64,000 nt of DNA from positions 1-64,000 of IMG/VR virus record IMGVR_UViG_3300045391_000912; one strand, 5' to 3'. The translations under genes were made by a program, and so were the position numbers. The DNA is from a virus. Positions 17,004 to 25,492 of this stretch are shown in pieces; positions within the stretch are counted from its first letter, which is position 1; every line of letters starts with the position of its first letter. The notes below the pieces were generated by a model. It ran no database searches, was not told where the DNA came from, and saw only the letters and a list, made by a program, of their open reading frames with translations.

Positions 17004-17216
17004 TTACCTACTCCGGTTGATCCGCCGGGACTTACGGGCGACCTTGTTCTTAGCCCTGCGCTTATCCAGCGCGTTAAACTGGGCTTGCGTGGTCAGGCCG
17101 CCGAACATGGGCTTACCGAGGTGGTTCATGCCGAGCAGCAGCGGAAGGCCGAGCCGGGGAGCGTACTTCTCGCTGTGCGGGTCGATCTTGACCTCTTCGC
17201 GTACAGATGTGGTCAC
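17004..17216 (-). CDS. hypothetical basic protein (70 aa)
   Basis: ORF track. Confidence 0.5.
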   Translation of the reverse strand: MTTSVREEVKIDPHSEKYAPRLGLPLLLGMNHLGKPMFGGLTTQAQFNALDKRRAKNKVARKSRRINRSR

Positions 17217-17217
17217 T

Positions 17218-17475
17218 TCACTTACCTTTCGTAGCGCAGACGATGCAGGTCTTAGGATTGTTGCCTCCGCAGTGCGGACAGTTAGTTGCCTCCGCAGTGC
17301 GGACAGTTAGCGGGCGACCTGCGATCCGGCTGAAGCTCGCTGCAAGGTGGCCAGCGGGTGTGGTCACGTCCGGTTCGTCGCCGCTGTCGTCGTCCACCAG
17401 CTCGTACCAGTAGTCGCCGACCATGACGAACCGATCGCCGTTATGCTCAGCGCCCATCGCGCAGTTGTCACTCAT
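17218..17475 (-). CDS. small zinc-ribbon protein (CPHC...CIVC)
   Basis: ORF track. Contains the 25-bp tandem duplication at 17261..17310. Confidence 0.55.
   Translation of the reverse strand: MSDNCAMGAEHNGDRFVMVGDYWYELVDDDSGDEPDVTTPAGHLAASFSRIAGRPLTVRTAEATNCPHCGGNNPKTCIVCATKGK
17261..17310. repeat. perfect 25-bp tandem duplication, each unit carrying the palindrome TCCGCAgTGCGGA
   Basis: TTGCCTCCGCAGTGCGGACAGTTAG occurs twice, head to tail. Confidence 0.95.
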
Positions 17476-18592
17476 ATTCGGTTCCGCCCTTACGGGTCAG
17501 GTACTCGGGGGACACCCACTTGGCGATCTTTCGGCCTCCGTAGACGCTCCGCTGCTCTGTGGCCGACCGGATGACGACACCCTCCCGCATGTGGTCGAGG
17601 AGCTTACGGCCGTCAGCGGAGGCAACCCAGGTGTGCCCGGAGACCTCTGCCGCAATTTCGTCCTGGATAAACCCGCCGGAGTAGACCGTCGGCACCTGAG
17701 GGATTCCATTACGGAGCATGAGCCCCTTGAAGTCCATCGCGTCCACCCATCCAGGTTCGTCGGGCGTGTCGTATTCCATCCAGCAGTCGAATGCCCGGAA
17801 ACCTAAGGTCTCGTCGCGGGCGGCTTCGTGGCCGTACTTGAGGTCTTGTACCCCGGCCCCGAAAATCTCCCCGAACAGGCCGATCTTGCACGCGCCCTCC
17901 TGCATGGCCATGCCCTGGAGCTTCATCGGCAGCAGGTTGTGCAGCACGGCCCGCCAGTAGAGATTATCGGGGTTGGGCTTGATGGCCAGGTTCTTAGCCC
18001 CGTGACCCTTAGAGCTGACGTAGACCTTAGCGTTGCCGCCATTCGCCGGGTCATGGATGTACGTGACTAAACACGCCGTCCCGTGGATCTTCTCGGTGAC
18101 GACGACGCGCTCTCCCCGATTGAACATCTTGGGGTAGCGCTGGTAGTGCTCGATGTCGATCCAGCGGACCAGGTCAGGGCACGGCTCGATCTCCCCGGAC
18201 ATGTGCACAGGGATCTCCGGCGTCCACTTCTCGATACCCAGGAACTCAGCCCAAGGCTTATACGTCGGTTCGTCATGCTTCTCCTCTGTGAACCACAGCC
18301 GATATACCGCCGTAGGTCGACACACGATGCCCTGGCTAAGCTCTCCCCGGAGGCGTACAGCCTTGACCCGGTTGGCCTGCTTACCTGCCAGCTTTCCCTC
18401 CAGGCCGAGTTCTTTGATCAACCCGGGTGGGAGGATGGCCTGTTCCGGGATGTACATGGCGTAGTCGCCGGTCTTGTACACACCCTTGGGCACGACGGCC
18501 CGGTACAGACCCACCTCAGCCAGCTCCAGCGCGTCGGCGTTCGGGTGCGGGAGGATGGTCAGCTTCTCGATCGTGCACTTGAACGTACTCAT
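17468..18592 (-). CDS. ATP-dependent RNA ligase with an N-terminal tRNA-binding-type OB domain (DraRnl/Rnl5-like architecture)
   Basis: Start ATG 18592 behind GGAG. N-terminal LPHPNADALELAEVG resembles the CsaA/EMAP-type tRNA-binding fold. Ligase motif I VTEKIHGT, plus FGEIFG and EGVVIRS...RKIAKWV. Confidence 0.7.
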   Translation of the reverse strand: MSTFKCTIEKLTILPHPNADALELAEVGLYRAVVPKGVYKTGDYAMYIPEQAILPPGLIKELGLEGKLAGKQANRVKAVRLRGELSQGIVCRPTAVYRLWFTEEKHDEPTYKPWAEFLGIEKWTPEIPVHMSGEIEPCPDLVRWIDIEHYQRYPKMFNRGERVVVTEKIHGTACLVTYIHDPANGGNAKVYVSSKGHGAKNLAIKPNPDNLYWRAVLHNLLPMKLQGMAMQEGACKIGLFGEIFGAGVQDLKYGHEAARDETLGFRAFDCWMEYDTPDEPGWVDAMDFKGLMLRNGIPQVPTVYSGGFIQDEIAAEVSGHTWVASADGRKLLDHMREGVVIRSATEQRSVYGGRKIAKWVSPEYLTRKGGTEYE

Positions 18593-18816
18593 GAGGGACT
18601 CCGTTGGTCTTGCGAGGTCAGGTGCCAGTTTTGGTGTTCGCACTGGTAGACGCGGTTTTCGTTGGTGTCGCGGTGGGATTTGTGCTTGCGCCGCACTTGC
18701 TTGAACTGAAGTTGGGACAGTGCGAACTTGGCGGCTAGCTCGTCCGCGTAGGTGAACTTCCCGCACGGACAACGCGGCACCCTAGGTTGCGGCACTCGTT
18801 GACGTCGGTTCGGCAT
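18589..18816 (-). CDS. small Cys-containing basic protein (75 aa)
   Basis: ORF track. Stop overlaps the ligase ATG (ATGA). The promoter-like element ends about 6 nt before its ATG. Confidence 0.55.
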   Translation of the reverse strand: MPNRRQRVPQPRVPRCPCGKFTYADELAAKFALSQLQFKQVRRKHKSHRDTNENRVYQCEHQNWHLTSQDQRSPS

Positions 18817-18822
18817 GTGCCC

Positions 18823-18855
18823 ACTCTGCCGTCAGGAAGCGAAGTTGTCAACCCC
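18823..18855 (-). promoter_or_regulatory. putative promoter giving a leaderless transcript
   Basis: Minus strand reads GGGGTTGACA-N17-CAGAGT, then 6 nt to ATG 18816. Confidence 0.4.
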
Positions 18856-18859
18856 TACT

Positions 18860-19561
18860 TTACTCCGGCGGGGGCACGGTGTTGTCGACAGGGCCGTAGC
18901 CGTAGTCGCGCCGTTTGAGGCTCGCCACCCAGTAGCCCCGGTTCGCCCTCATCTGCTCGTCCGTGATCTTCTTGACGTAGCAGGTCTGGTTCACCCGGCC
19001 GATGTTCCACGTTGTCTTGTGGACCCAGACCCGCTGAGCGTCGTCGTAATACACGTCCACGCGAGGTTCGAGGCTGGGCGGCTCCGGGATGGTGGTCTCA
19101 CGGGGGTAGTAGGTGGGGCTTGTGGGATCGTCATTGAACACGCGCAGGGGGTAAGCCACCTTCTCGAACAGCTCCCTAGCTTCCCTCAGGTCGTCGAATG
19201 CGTCCCGGGTATCGGCCGTTATCGTGACCTTAGGCTGCGGCTTAGGTGCGTTAGCTTCCACGTACATCGTGCCGGTGGACTCACCCAGGATCTCGATAGG
19301 CGGCTCACCGGGGACCTCCACCTCCAAGGCCACGATGGGGAGCTTGACGTTTGTCGCGTTGGGCCGCTTGGACGTGCCGGACCGCAAGGTGATCTGCCGG
19401 GGATCCTCGATCTCGATACTGACCTGGTCGCCGTTGATGTCCGTGACCACCAGGTAGTAACGAGCCTCCCGGTTCTTGAGGGTGGCCAGCACTTTCTTGG
19501 TTTGATCGCCCCACCCGAACTTCTCGACGGACTTGACCCCTTGGCTGCCGTCCACACGCAC
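18860..19561 (-). CDS. hypothetical protein (233 aa)
   Basis: ORF-track frame 18860..19702. Start placed at GTG 19561 behind AAGGAG (7-nt spacer), just after the upstream stop. Confidence 0.65.
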   Translation of the reverse strand: MRVDGSQGVKSVEKFGWGDQTKKVLATLKNREARYYLVVTDINGDQVSIEIEDPRQITLRSGTSKRPNATNVKLPIVALEVEVPGEPPIEILGESTGTMYVEANAPKPQPKVTITADTRDAFDDLREARELFEKVAYPLRVFNDDPTSPTYYPRETTIPEPPSLEPRVDVYYDDAQRVWVHKTTWNIGRVNQTCYVKKITDEQMRANRGYWVASLKRRDYGYGPVDNTVPPPE

Positions 19562-19565
19562 CGCG

Positions 19566-20024
19566 TCACTCCTTACGTAGTCGGTAGATGGCTGTGGTGA
19601 CCTTCTCGAAGTCGTTGGTCGTATCACTCCGAAGGTAGGAGCCGACAGACGATCTCGGAATCTCGTGGCCCAACCTCTTCTGGACGGCAAGGTAGATGTC
19701 ACTGATCCTCATGCCCTTCTCTCCGGCCTCGCCGAGTACGTCCACGATGGCCTTGCGGGTGGCGTCGCGCCTCTTGCGGGTGGGCTGCTTGAGCATGGTG
19801 CTGATCCGGGCCTTGCTCAATCCGGCGCCCTTGGCCAGCTCGGTGATGGTCAGCCCGTCGTCGTTCATGAGGCTGTAGAGGAACTGCTTCCGGGCCCGGG
19901 CCAGCTCCTCTACGTCTGTACGGGCGCGCTCGATCTCGTCGGACAGCCCACGGAGGCGCTTGGCCCACTCAGGTAGTTCCTGCACGTCAGTGCCGCCTAC
20001 GGTCGGTTGTGGGGTGCTGGTCAT
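19566..20024 (-). CDS. HTH DNA-binding regulator
   Basis: ORF-track frame 19566..20630 trimmed to ATG 20024. HTH segment LTITELAKGAGLSKARISTMLK. Divergent from the plus-strand early operon. Confidence 0.7.
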   Translation of the reverse strand: MTSTPQPTVGGTDVQELPEWAKRLRGLSDEIERARTDVEELARARKQFLYSLMNDDGLTITELAKGAGLSKARISTMLKQPTRKRRDATRKAIVDVLGEAGEKGMRISDIYLAVQKRLGHEIPRSSVGSYLRSDTTNDFEKVTTAIYRLRKE

Positions 20025-20066
20025 GGCTACATCCTCGCTTACTTGGACGAATTTGGAAAGTCCCTG

Positions 20067-20096
20067 TTGACATCTTCGTTCTGGCCGGGGTAGCTT
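20067..20096 (+). promoter_or_regulatory. putative early promoter (plus strand)
   Basis: TTGACA-N18-TAGCTT in the 123-bp divergent intergenic region. Confidence 0.45.
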
Positions 20097-20147
20097 TGCG
20101 TCATCACCCCGTTGACAGACACCATAACGGAGCAGGAGCGAAAACTG

Positions 20148-20600
20148 ATGGGTAAGCAGGAGCAGTCCGAACCGGACATCGAGATCACCGACATGTGGGA
20201 GCCGGGGAGTAAGCCCGAACCGGCTGAGACCGATGGCACCGTGAGTCAGGAAGAGATCGACGCCTTCGTGGCGGACCTCATGGCACAGGCCGAGAAGATG
20301 GTCAACGCGAAGGACGGATGGTCGGAACCGATCGATGGACCCCCGGCCGAGCTGGACGAGCTGGTCACGGACCGCAAGGACATTGTGGCGGACGGTTGCC
20401 ACTCGGTGAGCGTGTTCTTCGCGGAGCCCAACTGCAAGATCGGATCGCCGGAGCTTCTGGGCTTCTCGTTCCACAAGGGCCACCAGGAGCTGCGGATTCT
20501 GTTCTCCGAAGAGATGTGGATCCGGTTCAACGGCGTCATCACCGACTCGATCAAGCGGCGGAACGCGATGGGCGACAGGAAGCCCTGGGGAGGGGTCTGA
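20148..20600 (+). CDS. acidic early protein (150 aa)
   Basis: ORF-track frame. Start moved to ATG 20148 behind GGAGCAGGAG. The N-terminal half is very rich in D/E. Confidence 0.65.
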   Translation: MGKQEQSEPDIEITDMWEPGSKPEPAETDGTVSQEEIDAFVADLMAQAEKMVNAKDGWSEPIDGPPAELDELVTDRKDIVADGCHSVSVFFAEPNCKIGSPELLGFSFHKGHQELRILFSEEMWIRFNGVITDSIKRRNAMGDRKPWGGV

Positions 20601-20604
20601 AGCC

Positions 20605-20796
20605 ATGGAGGGGCACTGGGCGCTGGCCATGCTGGTGGTGTGGGTACTCGTCCTCGCATGGTCGGTCCCGTGTCACCCTTACAACACCGGCCGGAAGCTA
20701 AGAAATGACCTTGATCGATTGGGTGCTGAGCGGCGTGATCGTCGTTGTGTTCACGCTTGCGTGCTTGGCCGAGCGCCCCTAGAGGAGTGGGACTAA
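20605..20796 (+). CDS. possible small membrane protein
   Basis: ORF track, with one hydrophobic helix. An overlapping 25-codon TM ORF (20705..20782) is an alternative reading. Confidence 0.3.
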   Translation: MEGHWALAMLVVWVLVLAWSVPCHPYNTGRKLRNDLDRLGAERRDRRCVHACVLGRAPLEEWD

Positions 20797-20799
20797 ATC

Positions 20800-20892
20800 A
20801 TGAGTGACAACGCGACTTTGCTAGTGCTCTTAGGGATGTTCATGGCCACCGCGTGCTTCCTGTTCTGGTGCGCCACGCGGGAAGGACGCTAA
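20800..20892 (+). CDS. 30-aa transmembrane peptide
   Basis: Reads MSDNATLLVLLGMFMATACFLFWCATREGR behind GGAG. Below the ORF-track cut-off. Confidence 0.4.
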   Translation: MSDNATLLVLLGMFMATACFLFWCATREGR

Positions 20893-20895
20893 GCC

Positions 20896-21270
20896 ATGCA
20901 GGTAGCCGCCGGGTCTGGGGAGACCGGTGACGCAGCGCCCGCTGTGGAAACTGCACCCTCTGAAGAGCGTGTGGCTCCGAAGAGGTTCTACAGCATCGAG
21001 GCAGCAGCTAAGCACTGGGCCGCACCGATGGGGATCGTGATGCGCCCCGGCGGCTACCTGCACTCCAGTTCAGCAGACACCTACCAAGACCTGCCCGAGT
21101 GGCTTAAGGGGGTTAAGGGTGGGCTGTCGGAACAGATCCATAGGCTGTATTGGCGGGGTTCCGGCTCTGTGTGCGGGTGGGCGCAACTGGGCATGATTTT
21201 GCTGGACAAAGACCTGATCTACACGACGATGGGCCCACGAGGGGCAAGACAGTTCTACGTGAGGAGCTAA
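20896..21270 (+). CDS. hypothetical protein (124 aa)
   Basis: ORF track. Confidence 0.6.
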   Translation: MQVAAGSGETGDAAPAVETAPSEERVAPKRFYSIEAAAKHWAAPMGIVMRPGGYLHSSSADTYQDLPEWLKGVKGGLSEQIHRLYWRGSGSVCGWAQLGMILLDKDLIYTTMGPRGARQFYVRS

Positions 21271-21272
21271 GA

Positions 21273-21557
21273 GTGGACAAGCCGCTGTTCGAGCTGGGGC
21301 GCGTGGTCGCTACGCCGGGTGCCCTGGACGCGATGGATGAGATCGACGCCTGGGAAGCCACCGTGCACGTTCTCCTGACCCGGCACGTCACGGGCGACTG
21401 GGGTGATGTGGACGAACACGATCAGGGTGTGAACCGGCAGGCCGTGCAGTCGGGCCAGCGGATTCTGTCGCAGTACACGTTCGGTGAGCGTCGGATCTGG
21501 ATCATCACCGAAGCCGACCGGTCCGCGACCACCATCCTGCTACCGGAGGAGTACTGA
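21273..21557 (+). CDS. hypothetical protein (94 aa) with a GDWG...ITEADRSATTILLPEEY motif
   Basis: ORF-track frame 21150..21557. Start placed at GTG 21273 behind GAGGAG. Confidence 0.6.
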   Translation: MDKPLFELGRVVATPGALDAMDEIDAWEATVHVLLTRHVTGDWGDVDEHDQGVNRQAVQSGQRILSQYTFGERRIWIITEADRSATTILLPEEY

Positions 21558-21559
21558 GC

Positions 21560-21667
21560 ATGGGCAAGTGGGAGCTGTTGGAGCGCGGGGTTAGGGCCCT
21601 GGAGCGCATCGCGGCCGAGCTGGAAGACATCAACGAACGTCAACGAGATCAGGAGAACGAACGATGA
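21560..21667 (+). CDS. 35-aa coiled-coil peptide
   Basis: Reads MGKWELLERGVRALERIAAELEDINERQRDQENER. Stop overlaps the next ATG (ATGA). Confidence 0.4.
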   Translation: MGKWELLERGVRALERIAAELEDINERQRDQENER

Positions 21668-22017
21668 AGCTGGTAGTGGTAAGTGCGCTGGTACTGGGGC
21701 TTAGCGCGTGTAGTAGCGAGCCACCCCCACCGCCACCGCTGACACCGACGCAGCAGTACTTGAAGGACGTCCACGTGGCCCTGAACGGGACGGGGCTGGT
21801 GGTCAACGAGCAGGCCATGATCGAGGCCGGGAAGCTTGCCTGCAATCTCATCCCGGAGCCCGGCGTCACACACTCTCGGATCGTCGCGGCGGCGGCTAAA
21901 GGCTTGGAGGGTAAGGGGCTTGCGGACACCTACGGCGTGGCGGATTCGATCGTGACGGCCGCCGAACGAGACCTGTGCCCGACCATCCACTACGCATCGA
22001 ACGGGACATCCGCGTAA
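21664..22017 (+). CDS. secreted lipoprotein (DUF732-like by eye)
   Basis: Signal peptide plus lipobox (LGLSAC), a Pro-rich linker, and two conserved Cys. Confidence 0.65.
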   Translation: MKLVVVSALVLGLSACSSEPPPPPPLTPTQQYLKDVHVALNGTGLVVNEQAMIEAGKLACNLIPEPGVTHSRIVAAAAKGLEGKGLADTYGVADSIVTAAERDLCPTIHYASNGTSA

Positions 22018-22253
22018 TGCCTACCGCGCGTGTGAATGTTAAGGATGCCGTAGAACCTAAGAAGTACAAGGTCGGGGATGTCGTCAAGCTTAAGGGTAGC
22101 GCGGACGTAGACATAGCCTACAAGGTCGGGACTGTCACGCGGGATGAGGACGAGGACGGCATTATCAAGATCGACATCGTGCTCACCACCTACGTGCACA
22201 AGTCTCGCGTGGAGACCTGGGCTGGGTGTGAAGAGACGAGGAACCTAGTCTGA
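22017..22253 (+). CDS. hypothetical protein (78 aa)
   Basis: ORF-track frame. ATG 22017 overlaps the upstream TAA. Confidence 0.55.
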   Translation: MPTARVNVKDAVEPKKYKVGDVVKLKGSADVDIAYKVGTVTRDEDEDGIIKIDIVLTTYVHKSRVETWAGCEETRNLV

Positions 22254-22417
22254 TGGGCACGTTGTACGAGAACGCGACGCAGCGTCGGAAGCGGATCAAG
22301 CAGCAGGACCGTATCGCGCTGGCCAAGATGTGGGCCTGGTTTGCGTTCTGTGTGCTGTGCTTCGCATCGTTTGTGCTGGTCATCAACGTGTACACGAAGG
22401 TGTGTGTAGGGGGTTGA
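22253..22417 (+). CDS. 54-aa membrane protein
   Basis: Reads MGTLYENATQRRKRIKQQDRIALAKMWAWFAFCVLCFASFVLVINVYTKVCVGG. Its stop lies within the next promoter's TTGACA. Confidence 0.45.
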   Translation: MGTLYENATQRRKRIKQQDRIALAKMWAWFAFCVLCFASFVLVINVYTKVCVGG

Positions 22418-22443
22418 CAATCGCGTCAGCAGGGGGTTAACTA
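22409..22443 (+). promoter_or_regulatory. putative promoter giving a leaderless transcript
   Basis: GGGGGTTGACA-N18-TAACTA, then 5 nt to ATG 22449. Confidence 0.45.
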
Positions 22444-22448
22444 CTCAC

Positions 22449-22859
22449 ATGGACACAGGAATCCCCACCCCCAACACTGACCAGCTCATCGCGGCCAAGA
22501 AGGCTATCGCGGAGTTCGAGGAGATCACCGAGGTGGCTAAGCCCACCGCCCCGAAGAGCAAGCACAAGATCATCCAGGTCAAGGATGTGCGGGTGGGTGA
22601 TTTGATCTTCCTGCACACCCTGGGTACCGGCCCGTATCTGGTGGACCGTATCGATGTTCCGAACCATCCGGCCGTGCGCAAGACCGCTAAGACGATCTGG
22701 GTCAAGTACTGGTGCAACGCCGCTGACCAGGACATCCGGGGTTGGTACACCCGCGACTTTCCGCTGAGCTACCAGTTCACGCAGAACCACATGGACGTGG
22801 AGCTGTGGGACGAGCCCGAGACCCGTAAAGCGCACAACCTGAGCGAGGTGAATCCGTGA
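22449..22859 (+). CDS. hypothetical protein (136 aa)
   Basis: ORF track. Confidence 0.7.
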   Translation: MDTGIPTPNTDQLIAAKKAIAEFEEITEVAKPTAPKSKHKIIQVKDVRVGDLIFLHTLGTGPYLVDRIDVPNHPAVRKTAKTIWVKYWCNAADQDIRGWYTRDFPLSYQFTQNHMDVELWDEPETRKAHNLSEVNP

Positions 22860-23062
22860 AGCGCGCCATGCAGGAGGTACGTTATTGGGTCTGGGACACG
22901 CCTATCTACTACCTGACCTGGCCAAGACGCTGGTGGCGCCGTCGACAGGAGATCAAGCTTATCCGCGAGCTTAAGCGTAAGGGCCTGTACGAAAAGTGCG
23001 GCTACACCTACGAAGGTCGCTGGGTCAAGTGCGGCTGCGACGATTGGGCTGATGACTTGTGA
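22856..23062 (+). CDS. hypothetical Trp/Arg-rich protein (68 aa)
   Basis: ORF track. GTGA overlap with the upstream gene. Confidence 0.55.
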   Translation: MKRAMQEVRYWVWDTPIYYLTWPRRWWRRRQEIKLIRELKRKGLYEKCGYTYEGRWVKCGCDDWADDL

Positions 23063-23183
23063 AAGCTTGGTTCCACGAGAAGGTGCTTAAGCACAGGCTT
23101 AGGTACGTGCCCTCCGGCCTTAGGTCCAGCTCTAAGGTCGGAGGGTTGATGGTGGAGTGTTCCTGCGGACAGAGGTGGTTGGG

Positions 23184-23375
23184 ATGAAGGTGCACTTCGT
23201 AGGTGGGCCGCACGACGGGTTGGTGATCGACCTGGACAAGAAGACCAGCCCACCGCAGCTTTGGAAGGTCCCCATCGATCAGGACCCCCCGCAGCTAATC
23301 CCCAAGTGCTGGTTGTATGACTTCAGCTCGGAGAACAAGACCTACTACATGAGGAAAGGCGTACACGATGGATGA
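23184..23375 (+). CDS. hypothetical protein (63 aa, GGPHDG motif)
   Basis: ORF-track frame 23157..23375. ATG 23184 behind GAGGTGG. Confidence 0.55.
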   Translation: MKVHFVGGPHDGLVIDLDKKTSPPQLWKVPIDQDPPQLIPKCWLYDFSSENKTYYMRKGVHDG

Positions 23376-23616
23376 GTACGACATGGAGCCGTCGAAAGAG
23401 AGCCCGATGCCGTCTCCAGAGGCTCCACGGCTCGTGCAAGAGGCAGCGGAGCAGATGATGCGGTTCCGCAAGCGGTTGACGGAGCAGATCCTTCACCACG
23501 AAGAACTCACTGATTTCTACCGCAATGAGCTGCGCACTATCGATGAGTTCCTGTCAGAGAACTATCTCGATCGCCCGGCTCCGATGCCGCTACAGCAGCT
23601 TAAGAGGCCGTGGTAG
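23368..23616 (+). CDS. hypothetical protein (82 aa)
   Basis: ORF track. Confidence 0.6.
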   Translation: MDEYDMEPSKESPMPSPEAPRLVQEAAEQMMRFRKRLTEQILHHEELTDFYRNELRTIDEFLSENYLDRPAPMPLQQLKRPW

Positions 23617-23767
23617 GCGATGATTGAGATCAACTGTCGGCAGTGTGGCAAGTCGGCCGATGAGTGCGGATGTGACTACGAATGAGCACCGTGCTTGCCG
23701 TGGCCGGGGTGCTGTGGGTACTGGGGTGCATAGTCATCGTCGTGACCCAGTAAAGCCCTGGTAAATA

Positions 23768-23802
23768 GGGGGTTGACAACCTCTCAGCACACTGCTTGAC
23801 TA
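23768..23802 (+). promoter_or_regulatory. putative promoter
   Basis: GGGGGTTGACA-N18-TGACTA. Confidence 0.3.
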
Positions 23803-23878
23803 GGCACCTCAGAGATTGACCCCCTCCCATCAGGATCACCCGAAGTTCCCGAAGCATCCCCAACAGATAGGTAGAACA

Positions 23879-24184
23879 GTGGCAAACGTTCGTGGTCAGG
23901 TTCAGCAGACGGGCGAGATCGTGGAGCTGACGCAGGAAGAGACCATCCAGGCTGTCATCCAGGCCATTCCGACGGTCCTGGCGAACTGGCTCGTCGTGCA
24001 CGCTCCGGGTGACGACAAGTACGTGGACGCCCCGGACGGAACACCGCAGGTCCTGGTGACACCCGACGCTCTCATGGACCTCGTAGGCGCGGCGATGATG
24101 GTTGCTCCGGACATCCTGGAGGGCGCGTTCGTCCGCAAGCTCAAGGCGGCTGATGCCGCAGCAAAGGAGAAATCCTGCAAGTGA
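23879..24184 (+). CDS. hypothetical protein (101 aa)
   Basis: ORF-track frame 23816..24184. GTG 23879 is preferred over the TTG. The start remains uncertain. Confidence 0.55.
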   Translation: MANVRGQVQQTGEIVELTQEETIQAVIQAIPTVLANWLVVHAPGDDKYVDAPDGTPQVLVTPDALMDLVGAAMMVAPDILEGAFVRKLKAADAAAKEKSCK

Positions 24185-24378
24185 CAGTGGAGATCGTCCC
24201 TCCGGGTCAGCGTGAAGAACCTGACCCGGAGGTGACTCTTGAAGAGGCTGTGAGAGCGCTGGTAGCTAACGCTAAGGCCGCCGCCCGTCACATTGCTGTG
24301 TATCCGCCCCGTAAGGCCTTGGTGGACGCAGCCGAAGTAGCGCACGAAGCACTGGCACGTCACGAAGCTAAGGGGTAG
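24181..24378 (+). CDS. hypothetical protein (65 aa)
   Basis: ORF track. GTGA overlap. Confidence 0.55.
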   Translation: MTVEIVPPGQREEPDPEVTLEEAVRALVANAKAAARHIAVYPPRKALVDAAEVAHEALARHEAKG

Positions 24379-24384
24379 CTAAGC

Positions 24385-24615
24385 ATGTCCAGCAAGAGCG
24401 AACGGGCAAACCGGATCAACGCGGTGCAGGTGATCATGGCTTCGGCGATGATCGCCAGTAGTCACCACCCGGACAAGCGAGACATGATCTTGGACAAGAC
24501 GATGGCAGCTATGCACATCCTGGGGGCCTCTGAGCAGGAGATCCTGTCCGGGGTCATCACCGCCGACTTCATCAAGCTTCCGCCGGAGATCGTAGAGCAG
24601 TTGGTGCGGCTGTGA
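24385..24615 (+). CDS. hypothetical protein (76 aa)
   Basis: ORF track. Confidence 0.55.
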   Translation: MSSKSERANRINAVQVIMASAMIASSHHPDKRDMILDKTMAAMHILGASEQEILSGVITADFIKLPPEIVEQLVRL

Positions 24616-24731
24616 CGTTCCTTCAGTTCGTAGACGAACACTTCACCGGGCTGGCGGTGCTTACGTTCCTGATCGTGGCCACCGTCTGCGAATCCATCAA
24701 CCGTCGCGCGAAGGGTAGGAACCCAGAATGA
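24612..24731 (+). CDS. 39-aa membrane peptide
   Basis: Reads [39 protein letters not shown]. Overlap-coupled at both ends. Confidence 0.4.
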   Translation: MTFLQFVDEHFTGLAVLTFLIVATVCESINRRAKGRNPE

Positions 24732-25492
24732 AGGTTCAGCTAACGGGCAGGATGGTCTTTTTGCCGCCGGAGGACGTGCCTTGGGAGCCGGATGAGCTAA
24801 ACGATCTGGAGCTTCCGGTGGACCGGGGGGCTTACGACGCTAGTGCTCAGGCCGAGTTCGCGGGTCGGGCGTGCTACCAGTCGTGGCAGCGGCCTAACCC
24901 CAAGACGGCCACCAACGAGGGCTACCTCCGGAACATCATCTCCGTGGGCCACTTCTCGGTGCTAGAGCATTCGGCGGTCACGTTCTACATCACGGGCGTG
25001 TCCAGGAGCTTCACCCACGAGCTTGTCCGGCACAGGCACCTTAGCTACAGCCAGCTAAGCCAGCGTTACGTGGACGAGTCCGACACCGAGTTCGTAACGC
25101 CACCACTGGTCAGGGAAGCGCCTGGCCCGCACCAGATCATGTTCGACGTTGCTATGGCCAATGCACTCAATTCTTACGTCGAGTTGGTATCAGCCCTTAC
25201 CGCGCAGTTCCCCGACAAGCCGCGCAAGGAGATCCGGCAGGCGGCTAGGGCTGTGTTGCCGAACGCCACGGAGACCAAGATCGTGGTCACGGGTAACTAT
25301 CGGGCGTGGTGGGAGGCCATCCAGCTTAGGGCCACTATTCACGCCGACGTGGAGATCCGGGCGGTGTTTGTGGAGATCCTGCGCCTGCTTCAGGTCGAGG
25401 CTCCGCACATCTTCAACCACTTCGTGATCCGGCAGCTCAAGGACGGCTCTGAGATCGCTTACCTACAACAGGACATGGTGATCTCGGGATGA
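24728..25492 (+). CDS. thyX: FAD-dependent thymidylate synthase ThyX
   Basis: ThyX signature [14 protein letters not shown] (RHRxxSxxxxSxR). Confidence 0.9.
   Translation: MKVQLTGRMVFLPPEDVPWEPDELNDLELPVDRGAYDASAQAEFAGRACYQSWQRPNPKTATNEGYLRNIISVGHFSVLEHSAVTFYITGVSRSFTHELVRHRHLSYSQLSQRYVDESDTEFVTPPLVREAPGPHQIMFDVAMANALNSYVELVSALTAQFPDKPRKEIRQAARAVLPNATETKIVVTGNYRAWWEAIQLRATIHADVEIRAVFVEILRLLQVEAPHIFNHFVIRQLKDGSEIAYLQQDMVISG

Noticed and set aside
19566-20630. A 354-aa version of the HTH protein starting at 20630.
   Set aside because: The first 202 codons overlap the divergent promoter region and the plus-strand acidic gene, and they are low-complexity. ATG 20024 leaves a normal 152-aa HTH protein.
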